64,000 nucleotides of DNA, from contig OZ024745.1 in NCBI GenBank assembly GCA_964016885.1, positions 1,984,001-2,048,000 of the forward strand. Direction: 5' to 3'. This DNA is from Eledone cirrhosa (Eukaryota). A program made the translations under genes and the position numbers. Within the stretch, counting starts at the first letter, position 1; every line of letters begins with the position of its first letter. The notes under the pieces were generated by a model. That model was not told the DNA's origin, did not search any database, and was given only the letters and a program-made list of their open reading frames with translations. Below are positions 33,201 to 49,420 of the stretch, piece by piece.

Positions 33201-36200
33201 CATGTATACACTATATGTAGACACATTGGTTATAGAGAAAGGTATACTGTAACATGTATACAGTACATGTAGACACATTGGTTATAGAGAAAGGTAAACT
33301 GTAACATGTATACAATATATGTAGACACATTGGTTATAGAGAAATGTATACTGTAACATGTATACAATACATGTAGACACATTGTTTATAGAGATAGGTA
33401 AACTGTAACATGTATACAATATATGTAGACACATTGGTTATAGAGAAAGGTAAACCGTAACATGTATACAATACATGTAGACACATTGGTTATAGAAAAA
33501 GGTAAACTGTAACTTGTATATAATACATGTAGACACATTGGTTATAGAGAAAGGTATACTATAACATGTATACAATACATGTAGACACATTGGTTATAGA
33601 GAAAGGTAAACTGTAACATGTATACAATACAGGTAGACACATTAGTTATAGAGAAAGGTACATTGTAACATGTATACAATACATGTAGACACATTGGTTA
33701 TAGAGAAAGGTATACTGTAAGATGTATATAATACATGCAGACACATTGGTTATAGAGAAAGGTATACTGTAACATGTATACAATACAGGTAGACACGTTC
33801 GTTATAGAGAAAGGTACATTGTAACATGTATACAATATATGTAGACACATTGGTTATAGAGAAAGGTATACTGTAACATGTATACAATACATGTAGACAC
33901 ATTGGTTATAGAGAAAGGTATACTGTAACATGTATACAATAGATGTAGACACATTGGTTATAGAGAAAGGTATACTGTAACATGTATATAATACATGTAG
34001 ACACATTGGTTATAGAGAAAGGTATACTGTAACATGTATACAATACATGTAGACACATTGGTTATAGAGAAAGGTATACTGTAACATGTATATAATACAT
34101 GTAGACACATTGGTTATAGAGAAAGGTATACTGTAACATGTATACAATATATGTAGACACATTCGTTATAGAGAAAGGTAAACTGTAACATGTATACAAT
34201 ATATGTAGACAACTGGTTATAGAGAAAGGTATACTGTAACATGTATACAATATATGTAGATACATTGGTTATAGAGAAAGGTATACTGTAACATGTATAT
34301 AATACATGTAGACACATTGGTTATAGAGAAAGGCATACTGTAACATGTATACAATACATGTAGACACATTGGTTATAGATAAAGGTATACTGTAACATGT
34401 ATGTAATACATGTAGACACATTGGTTATAGAGAAAGGTAAACTGTAACATGCATACAATACATGTAGACACGTTGGTTATAGATAAAGGTATACTGTAAC
34501 ATGTATACAATACGTGTAGACACATTGGTTATAGAGAAAGGTATACTGTAACATGTATAAAATACATGTAGACACATTGGTTATATAGAAAGGTAAACTG
34601 TAACATGTATACAATATATATAGACACATTGGTTATAGAGAAAGGTAAACTGTAACATGTATACAATATATGTAGTCACATTGGTTATAGAAAAAGGTAA
34701 ACTGTAACATGTATACAATACATATAGACACATTGGTTATAGAGAAAGGTAAACTGTAACATGTATACAATACGTGTAGACACATTGGTTATAGGGAAAG
34801 GTATACTGTAACATGTATACAATATATGTAGACACATTGGTTATAGAGAAAGGTAAACTGTAACATGTATACAATACGTGTAGACACATTGGTTATAGGG
34901 AAAGGTATACTGTAACATGTATACAATATATGTAGACACATTGGTTATAGAGAAAGGTAGACTGTAACATGTATACAATACGTGTAGACACATTGGTTAT
35001 AGAAAAAGTTAAACTGTAACATGTATACAATATATGTAGACACGTTGGTTATAGCGAAAGGTATACTGTAACATGTATACAATATATGTAGACACATTGG
35101 TTATAGAGAAAGGTATACTGTAACATGTATACAATATATGTAGACACATTGGTTATTGAGAAAGGTGTACTGTAACATGTATATAATACATGTAGAAACA
35201 TTGGTTATAGAGAAAGGTAAACTGTAACATGTATACAATACGTGTAGAAACATTGGTTATAGAGAAAGGTAAACTGTAACATGTATACAATATATGTAGA
35301 CACATTGGTTATAGAGAAAGGTATACTGTAACATGTATATAATACATGTAGACATATAGGTTATAGTGAAAGGTATACTGTAACATGTATACAATATATG
35401 TAGACACATTGGTTATAGAGAAAGGTAAACTGTAACATGTATACAATATATATAGACACATTGGTTATAGAGAAAGGTATACTGTAACATGTATACAATA
35501 TATGTAGACACATTGTTTATAGAGATAGGTAAACTGTAACATGTATACAATATATGTAGACACATTGGTTATAGAGAAAGGTAAACTGTAACATGTATAC
35601 AATATATATAGACACATTGGTTATAGAGAAAGGTATACTGTAACATATATACAATACATGTAGACACATTTGTTATAGAGAAAGGTATACTGTAACATGT
35701 ATAAAATACATGTAGACACATTGGTTATATAGAAAGGTAAACTGTAACATGTATACAATATATGTAGACACATTGGTTATAGCGAAAGGTATACTGTAAC
35801 ATGTATACAATATATGTAGACACATTGGTTATTGAGAAAGGTGTACTGTAACATGTATACAATACATATAGACACATTGGTTATAGAGAAAGGTAAACTG
35901 TAACATGTATACAATACGTGTAGGCACATTGGTTATAGGGAAGGGTATACTGTAACATGTATACAATATATGTAGACACATTGGTTATAGAGAAAGGTAG
36001 ACTGTAACATGTATACAATATATGTAGACACATTGGTTATAGAGAAAGGTAAACTGTAACATGTATACAATACGTGTAGACACATTGGTTATAGAAAAAG
36101 GTAAACTGTAACATGTATACAATATATGTAGACACGTTGGTTATAGCGAAAGGTATACTGTAACATGTATACAATATATGTAGACACATTGGTTATAGAG

Positions 36201-39200
36201 AAAGGTATACTGTAACATGTATACAATATATGTAGACACATTGGTTATTGAGAAAGGTGTACTGTAACACGTATACAATACATATAGACACATTGGTTAT
36301 AGAGAGAGGTATACTGTAACATGTATACAGTACATGTAGACACATTGGTTATAGAGAAAGGTAAACTGTAACATGTATACAATATATATAGACACATTGG
36401 TTATAGAGAGAGGTATACTGTAACATGTATACAGTACATGTAGACACATTGGTTATAGAGAAATTTAAACTGTAACATGTATACAATATATGTAGACACA
36501 TTGGTTATAGAGAAATTTAAACTGTAACATGTATAAAATACATGTAGACATATTGGTTATAGAGAAAGGTATACTGTAACATGTATATAATATATGTAGA
36601 CACATTGGATATAGAGAAAGGTATACTGTAACATGTATATAATACATGTAGACACATTGGTTATAGAGAAAAATATACTGTAACATGTATACACTATATG
36701 TAGACACATTGGTTATAGAGAAAGGTAAACTGTAACATGTATACAATACATATAGACACATTGGTTATAGAGAAAGGTAAACTGTAACATGTATACAATA
36801 TATGTAGACACATTGGTTATAGAGAAATGTATACTGTAACATGTATACAATACATGTAGACACATTGTTTATAGAGATAGGTAAACTGTAACATGTATAC
36901 AATATATGTAGACACATTGGTTATAGAGAAAGGTAAACCGTAACATGTATACAATACATGTAGACACATTGGTTATAGAAAAAGGTAAACTGTAACATGT
37001 ATATAATACATGTAGACACATTGGTTATAGAGAAAGGTATACTATAACATGTATACAATACATGTAGACACATTGGTTATAGAGAAAGGTAAACTGTAAC
37101 ATGTATACAATACAGGTAGACACATTAGTTATAGAGAAAGGTACATTGTAACATGTATACAATACATGTAGACACATTGGTTATAGAGAAAGGTATACTG
37201 TAACATGTATATAATACATGTAGACACATTGGTTATAGAGAAAGGTATACTGTAACATGTATACAATACAGGTAGACACGTTCGTTATAGAGAAAGGTAC
37301 ATTGTAACATGTATACAATATATGTAGACACATTGGTTATAGAGAAAGGTATACTGTAACATGTATACAATACATGTAGACACATTGGTTATAGAGAAAG
37401 GTATACTGTAACATGTATACAATAGATGTAGACACATTGGTTATAGAGAAAGGTATACTGTAACATGTATATAATACATGTAGACACATTGGTTATAGAG
37501 AAAGGTATACTGTAACATGTATACAATACATGTAGACACATTGGTTATAGAGAAAGGTATACTGTAACATGTATGTAATACATGTAGACACATTGGTTAT
37601 AGAGAAAGGTAAACTGTAACATGCATACAATACATGTAGACACATTGGTTATAGATAAAGGTATACTGTAACATGTATACAATACGTGTAGACACATTGG
37701 TTATAGAGAAAGGTATACTGTAACATGTATAAAATACATGTAGACACATTGGTTATAAAGAAAGGTAAACTGTAACATGTATACAATATATGTAGACACA
37801 TTGGTTATAGCGAAAGGTAAACTGTAACATGTATACAATATATGTAGACACATTGGTTATTGAGAAAGGGGTACTGTAACATGTATACAATACATATAGA
37901 CACATTGGTTATAGAGAAAGGTAAACTGTAACATGTATACAATACGTGTAGACACATTGGTTATAGGGAAAGGTATACTGTAACATGTATACAATATATG
38001 TAGACACATTGGTTATAGAGAAAGGTAGACTGTAACATGTATACAATACGTGTAGACACATTGGTTATAGAAAAAGGTAAACTGTAACATCTATACAATA
38101 TATGTAGACACGTTGGTTATAGCGAAAGGTATACTGTAACATGTATACAATATATGTAGACACATTGGTTATAGAGAAAGGTATACTGTAACATGTATAC
38201 AATATATGTAGACACATTGGTTATTGAGAAAGGTGTACTGTAACACGTATACAATACATATAGACACATTGGCTATAGAGAGAGGTATACTGTAACATGT
38301 ATATAATACATGTAGACACATTGGTTATAGAGAAAGGTATACTGTAACATGTATATAATACATGTAGACATATAGGTTATAGTGAAAGGTATACTGTAAC
38401 ATGTATACAATATATGTGGACACATTGGTTATAGAGAAAGGTAAACTGTAACATGTATACAATATATATAGACACATTGGTTATAGAGAAAGGTATACTG
38501 TAACATGTATACAATACATGTAGACACATTTGTTATAGAGAAAGGTATACTGTAACATGTATACAATACATGAAGACACATTGGTTATAGAGAAAGGTAT
38601 ACTGTAACATGTATACAGTACATGTAGACACATTGGTTATAGAGAAAGGTAAACTGTAACATGTATACACTATATGTAGACACATTGGTTATAGAGAAAG
38701 GTATACTGTAACATGTATACAGTACATGTAGACACATTGGTTATAGAGAAAGGTAAACTGTAACATGTATACAATATATGTAGACACATTGGTTATAGAG
38801 AAATGTATACTGTAACATGTATACAATACATGTAGACACATTGTTTATAGAGATAGGTAAACTGTAACATGTATACAATATATGTAGACACATTGGTTAT
38901 AGAGAAAGGTAAACCGTAACATGTATACAATACATGTAGACACATTGGTTATAGAAAAAGGTAAACTGTAACTTGTATATAATACATGTAGACACATTGG
39001 TTATAGAGAAAGGTATACTATAACATGTATACAATACATGTAGACACATTGGTTATAGAGAAAGGTAAACTGTAACATGTATACAATACAGGTAGACACA
39101 TTAGTTATAGAGAAAGGTACATTGTAACATGTATACAATACATGTAGACACATTGGTTATAGAGAAAGGTATACTGTAAGATGTATATAATACATGCAGA

Positions 39201-41050
39201 CACATTGGTTATAGAGAAAGGTATACTGTAACATGTATACAATACAGGTAGACACGTTCGTTATAGAGAAAGGTACATTGTAACATGTATACAATATATG
39301 TAGACACATTGGTTATAGAGAAAGGTATACTGTAACATGTATACAATACATGTAGACACATTGGTTATAGAGAAAGGTATACTGTAACATGTATACAATA
39401 GATGTAGACACATTGGTTATAGAGAAAGGTATACTGTAACATGTATATAATACATGTAGACACATTGGTTATAGAGAAAGGTATACTGTAACATGTATAC
39501 AATACATGTAGACACATTGGTTATAGAGAAAGGTATACTGTAACATGTATATAATACATGTAGACACATTGGTTATAGAGAAAGGTATACTGTAACATGT
39601 ATACAATATATGTAGACACATTCGTTATAGAGAAAGGTAAACTGTAACATGTATACAATATATGTAGAAACTGGTTATAGAGAAAGGTATACTGTAACAT
39701 GTATACAATATATGTAGATACATTGGTTATAGAGAAAGGTATACTGTAACATGTATATAATACATGTAGACACATTGGTTATAGAGAAAGGCATACTGTA
39801 ACATGTATACAATACATGTAGACACATTGGTTATAGATAAAGGTATACTGTAACATGTATGTAATACATGTAGACACATTGGTTATAGAGAAAGGTAAAC
39901 TGTAACATGCATACAATACATGTAGACACGTTGGTTATAGATAAAGGTATACTGTAACATGTATACAATACGTGTAGACACATTGGTTATAGAGAAAGGT
40001 ATACTGTAACATGTATAAAATACATGTAGACACATTGGTTATATAGAAAGGTAAACTGTAACATGTATACAATATATATAGACACATTGGTTATAGAGAA
40101 AGGTAAACTGTAACATGTATACAATATATGTAGTCACATTGGTTATAGAAAAAGGTAAACTGTAACATGTATACAATACATATAGACACATTGGTTATAG
40201 AGAAAGGTAAACTGTAACATGTATACAATACGTGTAGACACATTGGTTATAGGGAAAGGTATACTGTAACATGTATACAATATATGTAGACACATTGGTT
40301 ATAGAGAAAGGTAGACTGTAACATGTATACAATACGTGTAGACACATTGGTTATAGAAAAAGTTAAACTGTAACATGTATACAATATATGTAGACACGTT
40401 GGTTATAGCGAAAGGTATACTGTAACATGTATACAATATATGTAGACACATTGGTTATAGAGAAAGGTATACTGTAACATGTATACAATATATGTAGACA
40501 CATTGGTTATTGAGAAAGGTGTACTGTAACATGTATATAATACATGTAGAAACATTGGTTATAGAGAAAGGTAAACTGTAACATGTATACAATACGTGTA
40601 GAAACATTGGTTATAGAGAAAGGTAAACTGTAACATGTATACAATATATGTAGACACATTGGTTATAGAGAAAGGTATACTGTAACATGTATATAATACA
40701 TGTAGACATATAGGTTATAGTGAAAGGTATACTGTAACATGTATACAATATATGTAGACACATTGGTTATAGAGAAAGGTAAACTGTAACATGTATACAA
40801 TATATATAGACACATTGGTTATAGAGAAAGGTATACTGTAACATGTATACAATATATGTAGTCACATTGTTTATAGAGATAGGTAAACTGTAACATGTAT
40901 ACAATATATGTAGACACATTGGTTATAGAGAAAGGTAAACTGTAACATGTATACAATATATATAGACACATTGGTTATAGAGAAAGGTATACTGTAACAT
41001 ATATACAATACATGTAGACACATTTGTTATAGAGAAAGGTATACTGTAAC
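30290..41050. repeat. About 5.4-kb (roughly 105-monomer) tandem higher-order duplication
   Basis: Identical ORFs at 31006/36465 and matching ORF ends at 34062/39521 (offset 5459). Singleton-type variants AAGGGGTACT, ATGAAGAC, ATGTGGAC, AACTTGTA and CATGCAGA each occur once per copy. Confidence 0.92.
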
Positions 41051-44000
41051 ATGTATACAATACATGTAGACACATTGGTTATAGAGAAAGGTATACTGTA
41101 ACATGTATACAGTACATGTAGACACATTGGTTATAGAGAAAGGTAAACTGTAACATGTATACAATATATGTAGACACATTGGTTATAGAGAAATTTAAAC
41201 TGTAACATGTATAAAATACATGTAGACATATTGGTTATAGAGAAAGGTATACTGTAACATGTATATAATATATGTAGACACATTGGATATAGAGAAAGGT
41301 ATACTGTAACATGTATATAATACATGTAGACACATTGATTATAGAGATAGGTAAACTGTAACATGTATACAATATATGTAGACACATTGGTTATAGAGAA
41401 ATGTATACTGTAACATGTATACAATACATGTAGACACATTGTTTATAGAGATAGGTAAACTGTAACATGTATACAATATATGTAGACACATTGGTTATAG
41501 AGAAAGGTAAACCGTAACATGTATACAATACATGTAGACACATTGGTTATAGAAAAAGGTAAACTGTAACATGTATATAATACATGTAGACACATTGGTT
41601 ATAGAGAAAGGTATACTATAACATGTATACAATACATGTAGACACATTGGTTATAGAGAAAGGTAAACTGTAACATGTATACAATACAGGTAGACACATT
41701 AGTTATAGAGAAAGGTACATTGTAACATGTATACAATACATGTAGACACATTGGTTATAGAGAAAGGTATACTGTAACATGTATATAATACATGTAGACA
41801 CATTGGTTATAGAGAAAGGTATACTATAACATGTATACAATACATGTAGACACATTGGTTATAGAGAAAGGTAAACTGTAACATGTATACAATACAGGTA
41901 GACACATTAGTTATAGAGAAAGGTACATTGTAACATGTATACAATACATGTAGACACATTGGTTATAGAGAAAGGTATACTGTAACATGTATACAATACA
42001 GGTAGACACATTCGTTATAGAGAAAGGTACATTGTAACATGTATACAATATATGTAGACACATTGGTTATAGAGAAAGGTATACTGTAACATGTATACAA
42101 TACATGTAGACACATTGGTTATAGAGAAAGGTATACTGTAACATGTATACAATAGATGTAGACACATTGGTTATAGAGAAAGGTATACTGTAACATGTAT
42201 ATAATACATGTAGACACATTGGTTATAGAGAAAGGTATACTGTAACATGTATACAATACATGTAGACACATTGGTTATAGAGAAAGGTATACTGTAACAT
42301 GTATATAATACATGTAGACACATTGGTTATAGAGAAAGGTATACTGTAACATGTATAGAATATATGTAGACACATTCGTTATAGAGAAAGGTAAACTGTA
42401 ACATGTATACAATATATGTAGACAACTGGTTATAGAGAAAGGTATACTGTAACATGTATATAATACATGTAGACACATTGGTTATAGAGAAAGGTATACT
42501 GTAACATGTATACAATACATGTAGACACATTGGTTATAGAGAAAGATAAACTGTAACATGTATATAATACATGGAGACACATTGGTTATAGAGAAAGGTA
42601 TACTGTAACATGTATACAATACATGTAGACACATTGGTTATAGAGAAAGGTATACTGTAACATGTATATAATACATGTAGACACATTGGTTATAGAGAAA
42701 GGTATACTGTAACATGTATATAATACATGTAGACACATTGGTTATAGAGAAAGGTATACTGTAACATGTATATAATACATGTAGACATATAGGTTATAGT
42801 GAAATGTATACTGTAACATGTAAACAGTATATGTAGACACATTGGTTATAGAGAAAGGTAAACTGTAACATGTATACAATATATGTAGACACATTGGTTA
42901 TAGAGAAAGGTATACTGTAACATGTATACAATACATGTAGACACATTGTTTATAGAGATAGGTAAACTGTAACACGTATAAAATATATGTAGACACATTG
43001 GTTATAGAGAAAGGTAAACTGTAACATGTATACAATACATGTAGACACATTGGTTATAGAGAAAGGTAAACCGTAACATGTATACAATACATGTAGACAC
43101 ATTGGTTATAGAAAAAGGTAAACTGTAACATGTATATAATACATGTAGACACATTGGTTATAGAGAAAGGTATACTGTAACATGTATACAATACATGTAG
43201 ACACATTGGTTATTGAGAAAGGTAAACTGTAACATGTATACAATACAGGTAGACACATTCGTTATAGAGAAAGGTAAACTGTAACATGTATACAATACAG
43301 GTAGACACATTAGTTATAGAGAAAGGTACATTGTAACATGTATACAATACATGTAGACACATTGGTTATAGAGAAAGGTATACTGTAAGATGTATATAAT
43401 ACATGTAGACACATTGGTTATAGAGAAAGGTATACTGTAACATGTATACAATACAGGTAGACACGTTCGTTATAGAGAAAGGTACATTGTAACATGTATA
43501 CAATATATGTAGACACATTGGTTATAGAGAAAGGTATACTGTAACATGTATACAATACATGTAGACACATTGGTTATAGAGAAAGGTATACTGTAACATG
43601 TATACAATAGATGTAGACACATTGGTTATAGAGAAAGGTATACTGTAACATGTATATAATACATGTAGACACATTGGTTATAGAGAAAGGTATACTGTAA
43701 CATGTATACAATACATGTAGACACATTGGTTATAGAGAAAGGTATACTGTAACATGTATATAATACATGTAGACACATTGGTTATAGAGAAAGGTATACT
43801 GTAACATGTATACAATATATGTAGACACATTCGTTATAGAGAAAGGTAAACTGTAACATGTATACAATATATGTAGACAACTGGTTATAGAGAAAGGTAT
43901 ACTGTAACATGTATACAATATATGTAGATACATTGGTTATAGAGAAAGGTATACTGTAACATGTATATAATACATGTAGACACATTGGTTATAGAGAAAG

Positions 44001-47000
44001 GCATACTGTAACATGTATACAATACATGTAGACACATTGGTTATAGATAAAGGTATACTGTAACATGTATGTAATACATGTAGACACATTGGTTATAGAG
44101 AAAGGTAAACTGTAACATGCATACAATACATGTAGACACGTTGGTTATAGATAAAGGTATACTGTAACATGTATACAATACGTGTAGACACATTGGTTAT
44201 AGAGAAAGGTATACTGTAACATGTATAAAATACATGTAGACACATTGGTTATATAGAAAGGTAAACTGTAACATGTATACAATATATATAGACACATTGG
44301 TTATAGAGAAAGGTAAACTGTAACATGTATACAATATATGTAGTCACATTGGTTATAGAAAAAGGTAAACTGTAACATGTATACAATACATATAGACACA
44401 TTGGTTATAGAGAAAGGTAAACTGTAACATGTATACAATACGTGTAGACACATTGGTTATAGGGAAAGGTATACTGTAACATGTATACAATATATGTAGA
44501 CACATTGGTTATAGAGAAAGGTAGACTGTAACATGTATACAATACGTGTAGACACATTGGTTATAGAAAAAGTTAAACTGTAACATGTATACAATATATG
44601 TAGACACGTTGGTTATAGCGAAAGGTATACTGTAACATGTATACAATATATGTAGACACATTGGTTATAGAGAAAGGTATACTGTAACATGTATACAATA
44701 TATGTAGACACATTGGTTATTGAGAAAGGTGTACTGTAACATGTATATAATACATGTAGAAACATTGGTTATAGAGAAAGGTAAACTGTAACATGTATAC
44801 AATACGTGTAGAAACATTGGTTATAGAGAAAGGTAAACTGTAACATGTATACAATATATGTAGACACATTGGTTATAGAGAAAGGTATACTGTAACATGT
44901 ATATAATACATGTAGACATATAGGTTATAGTGAAAGGTATACTGTAACATGTATACAATATATGTAGACACATTGGTTATAGAGAAAGGTAAACTGTAAC
45001 ATGTATACAATATATATAGACACATTGGTTATAGAGAAAGGTATACTGTAACATGTATACAATATATGTAGTCACATTGTTTATAGAGATAGGTAAACTG
45101 TAACATGTATACAATATATGTAGACACATTGGTTATAGAGAAAGGTAAACTGTAACATGTATACAATATATATAGACACATTGGTTATAGAGAAAGGTAT
45201 ACTGTAACATATATACAATACATGTAGACACATTTGTTATAGAGAAAGGTATACTGTAACATGTATACAATACATGTAGACACATTGGTTATAGAGAAAG
45301 GTATACTGTAACATGTATACAGTACATGTAGACACATTGGTTATAGAGAAAGGTAAACTGTAACATGTATACAATATATGTAGACACATTGGTTATAGAG
45401 AAATTTAAACTGTAACATGTATAAAATACATGTAGACATATTGGTTATAGAGAAAGGTATACTGTAACATGTATATAATATATGTAGACACATTGGATAT
45501 AGAGAAAGGTATACTGTAACATGTATATAATACATGTAGACACATTGATTATAGAGATAGGTAAACTGTAACATGTATACAATATATGTAGACACATTGG
45601 TTATAGAGAAATGTATACTGTAACATGTATACAATACATGTAGACACATTGTTTATAGAGATAGGTAAACTGTAACATGTATACAATATATGTAGACACA
45701 TTGGTTATAGAGAAAGGTAAACCGTAACATGTATACAATACATGTAGACACATTGGTTATAGAAAAAGGTAAACTGTAACATGTATATAATACATGTAGA
45801 CACATTGGTTATAGAGAAAGGTATACTATAACATGTATACAATACATGTAGACACATTGGTTATAGAGAAAGGTAAACTGTAACATGTATACAATACAGG
45901 TAGACACATTAGTTATAGAGAAAGGTACATTGTAACATGTATACAATACATGTAGACACATTGGTTATAGAGAAAGGTATACTGTAACATGTATATAATA
46001 CATGTAGACACATTGGTTATAGAGAAAGGTATACTATAACATGTATACAATACATGTAGACACATTGGTTATAGAGAAAGGTAAACTGTAACATGTATAC
46101 AATACAGGTAGACACATTAGTTATAGAGAAAGGTACATTGTAACATGTATACAATACATGTAGACACATTGGTTATAGAGAAAGGTATACTGTAACATGT
46201 ATACAATACAGGTAGACACATTCGTTATAGAGAAAGGTACATTGTAACATGTATACAATATATGTAGACACATTGGTTATAGAGAAAGGTATACTGTAAC
46301 ATGTATACAATACATGTAGACACATTGGTTATAGAGAAAGGTATACTGTAACATGTATACAATAGATGTAGACACATTGGTTATAGAGAAAGGTATACTG
46401 TAACATGTATATAATACATGTAGACACATTGGTTATAGAGAAAGGTATACTGTAACATGTATACAATACATGTAGACACATTGGTTATAGAGAAAGGTAT
46501 ACTGTAACATGTATATAATACATGTAGACACATTGGTTATAGAGAAAGGTATACTGTAACATGTATAGAATATATGTAGACACATTCGTTATAGAGAAAG
46601 GTAAACTGTAACATGTATACAATATATGTAGACAACTGGTTATAGAGAAAGGTATACTGTAACATGTATATAATACATGTAGACACATTGGTTATAGAGA
46701 AAGGTATACTGTAACATGTATACAATACATGTAGACACATTGGTTATAGAGAAAGATAAACTGTAACATGTATATAATACATGGAGACACATTGGTTATA
46801 GAGAAAGGTATACTGTAACATGTATACAATACATGTAGACACATTGGTTATAGAGAAAGGTATACTGTAACATGTATATAATACATGTAGACACATTGGT
46901 TATAGAGAAAGGTATACTGTAACATGTATATAATACATGTAGACACATTGGTTATAGAGAAAGGTATACTGTAACATGTATATAATACATGTAGACATAT

Positions 47001-48255
47001 AGGTTATAGTGAAATGTATACTGTAACATGTAAACAGTATATGTAGACACATTGGTTATAGAGAAAGGTAAACTGTAACATGTATACAATATATGTAGAC
47101 ACATTGGTTATAGAGAAAGGTATACTGTAACATGTATACAATACATGTAGACACATTGTTTATAGAGATAGGTAAACTGTAACACGTATAAAATATATGT
47201 AGACACATTGGTTATAGAGAAAGGTAAACTGTAACATGTATACAATACATGTAGACACATTGGTTATAGAGAAAGGTAAACCGTAACATGTATACAATAC
47301 ATGTAGACACATTGGTTATAGAAAAAGGTAAACTGTAACATGTATATAATACATGTAGACACATTGGTTATAGAGAAAGGTATACTGTAACATGTATACA
47401 ATACATGTAGACACATTGGTTATTGAGAAAGGTAAACTGTAACATGTATACAATACAGGTAGACACATTCGTTATAGAGAAAGGTAAACTGTAACATGTA
47501 TACAATACAGGTAGACACATTAGTTATAGAGAAAGGTACATTGTAACATGTATACAATACATGTAGACACATTGGTTATAGAGAAAGGTATACTGTAAGA
47601 TGTATATAATACATGTAGACACATTGGTTATAGAGAAAGGTATACTGTAACATGTATACAATACAGGTAGACACGTTCGTTATAGAGAAAGGTACATTGT
47701 AACATGTATACAATATATGTAGACACATTGGTTATAGAGAAAGGTATACTGTAACATGTATACAATACATGTAGACACATTGGTTATAGAGAAAGGTATA
47801 CTGTAACATGTATACAATAGATGTAGACACATTGGTTATAGAGAAAGGTATACTGTAACATGTATATAATACATGTAGACACATTGGTTATAGAGAAAGG
47901 TATACTGTAACATGTATACAATACATGTAGACACATTGGTTATAGAGAAAGGTATACTGTAACATGTATATAATACATGTAGACACATTGGTTATAGAGA
48001 AAGGTATACTGTAACATGTATACAATATATGTAGACACATTCGTTATAGAGAAAGGTAAACTGTAACATGTATACAATATATGTAGACAACTGGTTATAG
48101 AGAAAGGTATACTGTAACATGTATACAATATATGTAGATACATTGGTTATAGAGAAAGGTATACTGTAACATGTATATAATACATGTAGACACATTGGTT
48201 ATAGAGAAAGGCATACTGTAACATGTATACAATACATGTAGACACATTGGTTATA
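39050..48255. repeat. 4210-bp (81-monomer) tandem higher-order repeat, about 2.2 copies
   Basis: Identical ORFs at 41131/45341, 42275/46485 and 43730/47940. CATTGATT and CATGTAAACAGT recur at the same offset. 81x52-2 = 4210, matching two 51-bp monomers per unit. Confidence 0.93.
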
Positions 48256-48549
48256 GAGAAAGGCATACTGTAACATGTATACAATACATGTAGACACATT
48301 GGTTATAGAGAAAGGTATACTGTAACATGTATAAAATACATGTAGACACATTGGTTATATAGAAAGGTAAACTGTAACATGTATACAATATATGTAGGCA
48401 CATTGGTTATAGCGAAAGGTATACTGTAACATGTATACAATATATGTAGACACATTGGTTATTGAGAAAGGTGTACTGTAACATGTATACAATACATATA
48501 GACACATTGGTTATAGAGAAAGGTAAACTGTAACATGTATACAATACGT

Positions 48550-49420
48550 GTAGACACATTGGTTATAGAGAAAGGTATACTGTAACATGTATACAATATA
48601 TGTAGACACGTTGGTTATAGCGAAAGGTATACTGTAACATGTATACAATATATGTAGACACATTGGTTATAGAGAAAGGTAAACTGTAACATGTATATAA
48701 TACATGTAGACATATAGGTTATAGTGAAAGGTATACTGTAACATGTATATAATACATGTAGACATATAGGTTATAGTGAAAGGTATACTGTAACATGTAT
48801 ACAATATATGTAGACACATTGGTTATAGAGAAAGGTAAACTGTAACATGTATACAATATATATAGACACATTGGTTATAGAGAAAGGTATACTGTAACAT
48901 ATATACAATACATGTAGACACATTTGTTATAGAGAAAGCTATACTGTAACATGTATACAATACATGTAGACACATTGGTTATAGAGAAAGGTATACTGTA
49001 ACATGTATACAATATATGTAGACACGTTGGTTATAGCGAAAGGTATACTGTAACATGTATACAATATATGTAGACACATTGGTTATAGAGAAAGGTAAAC
49101 TGTAACATGTATATAATACATGTAGACATATAGGTTATAGTGAAAGGTATACTGTAACATGTATATAATACATGTAGACATATAGGTTATAGTGAAAGGT
49201 ATACTGTAACATGTATACAATATATGTAGACACATTGGTTATAGAGAAAGGTAAACTGTAACATGTATACAATATATATAGACACATTGGTTATAGAGAA
49301 AGGTATACTGTAACATATATACAATACATGTAGACACATTTGTTATAGAGAAAGCTATACTGTAACATGTATACAATACATGTAGACACATTGGTTATAG
49401 AGAAAGGTATACTGTAACAT
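48550..49420. repeat. 416-bp (8-monomer) tandem duplication in satA
   Basis: AAAGCT at 48935 and 49351. The paired CATATAGGTTATAGTG monomers recur at the same offset. Confidence 0.85.
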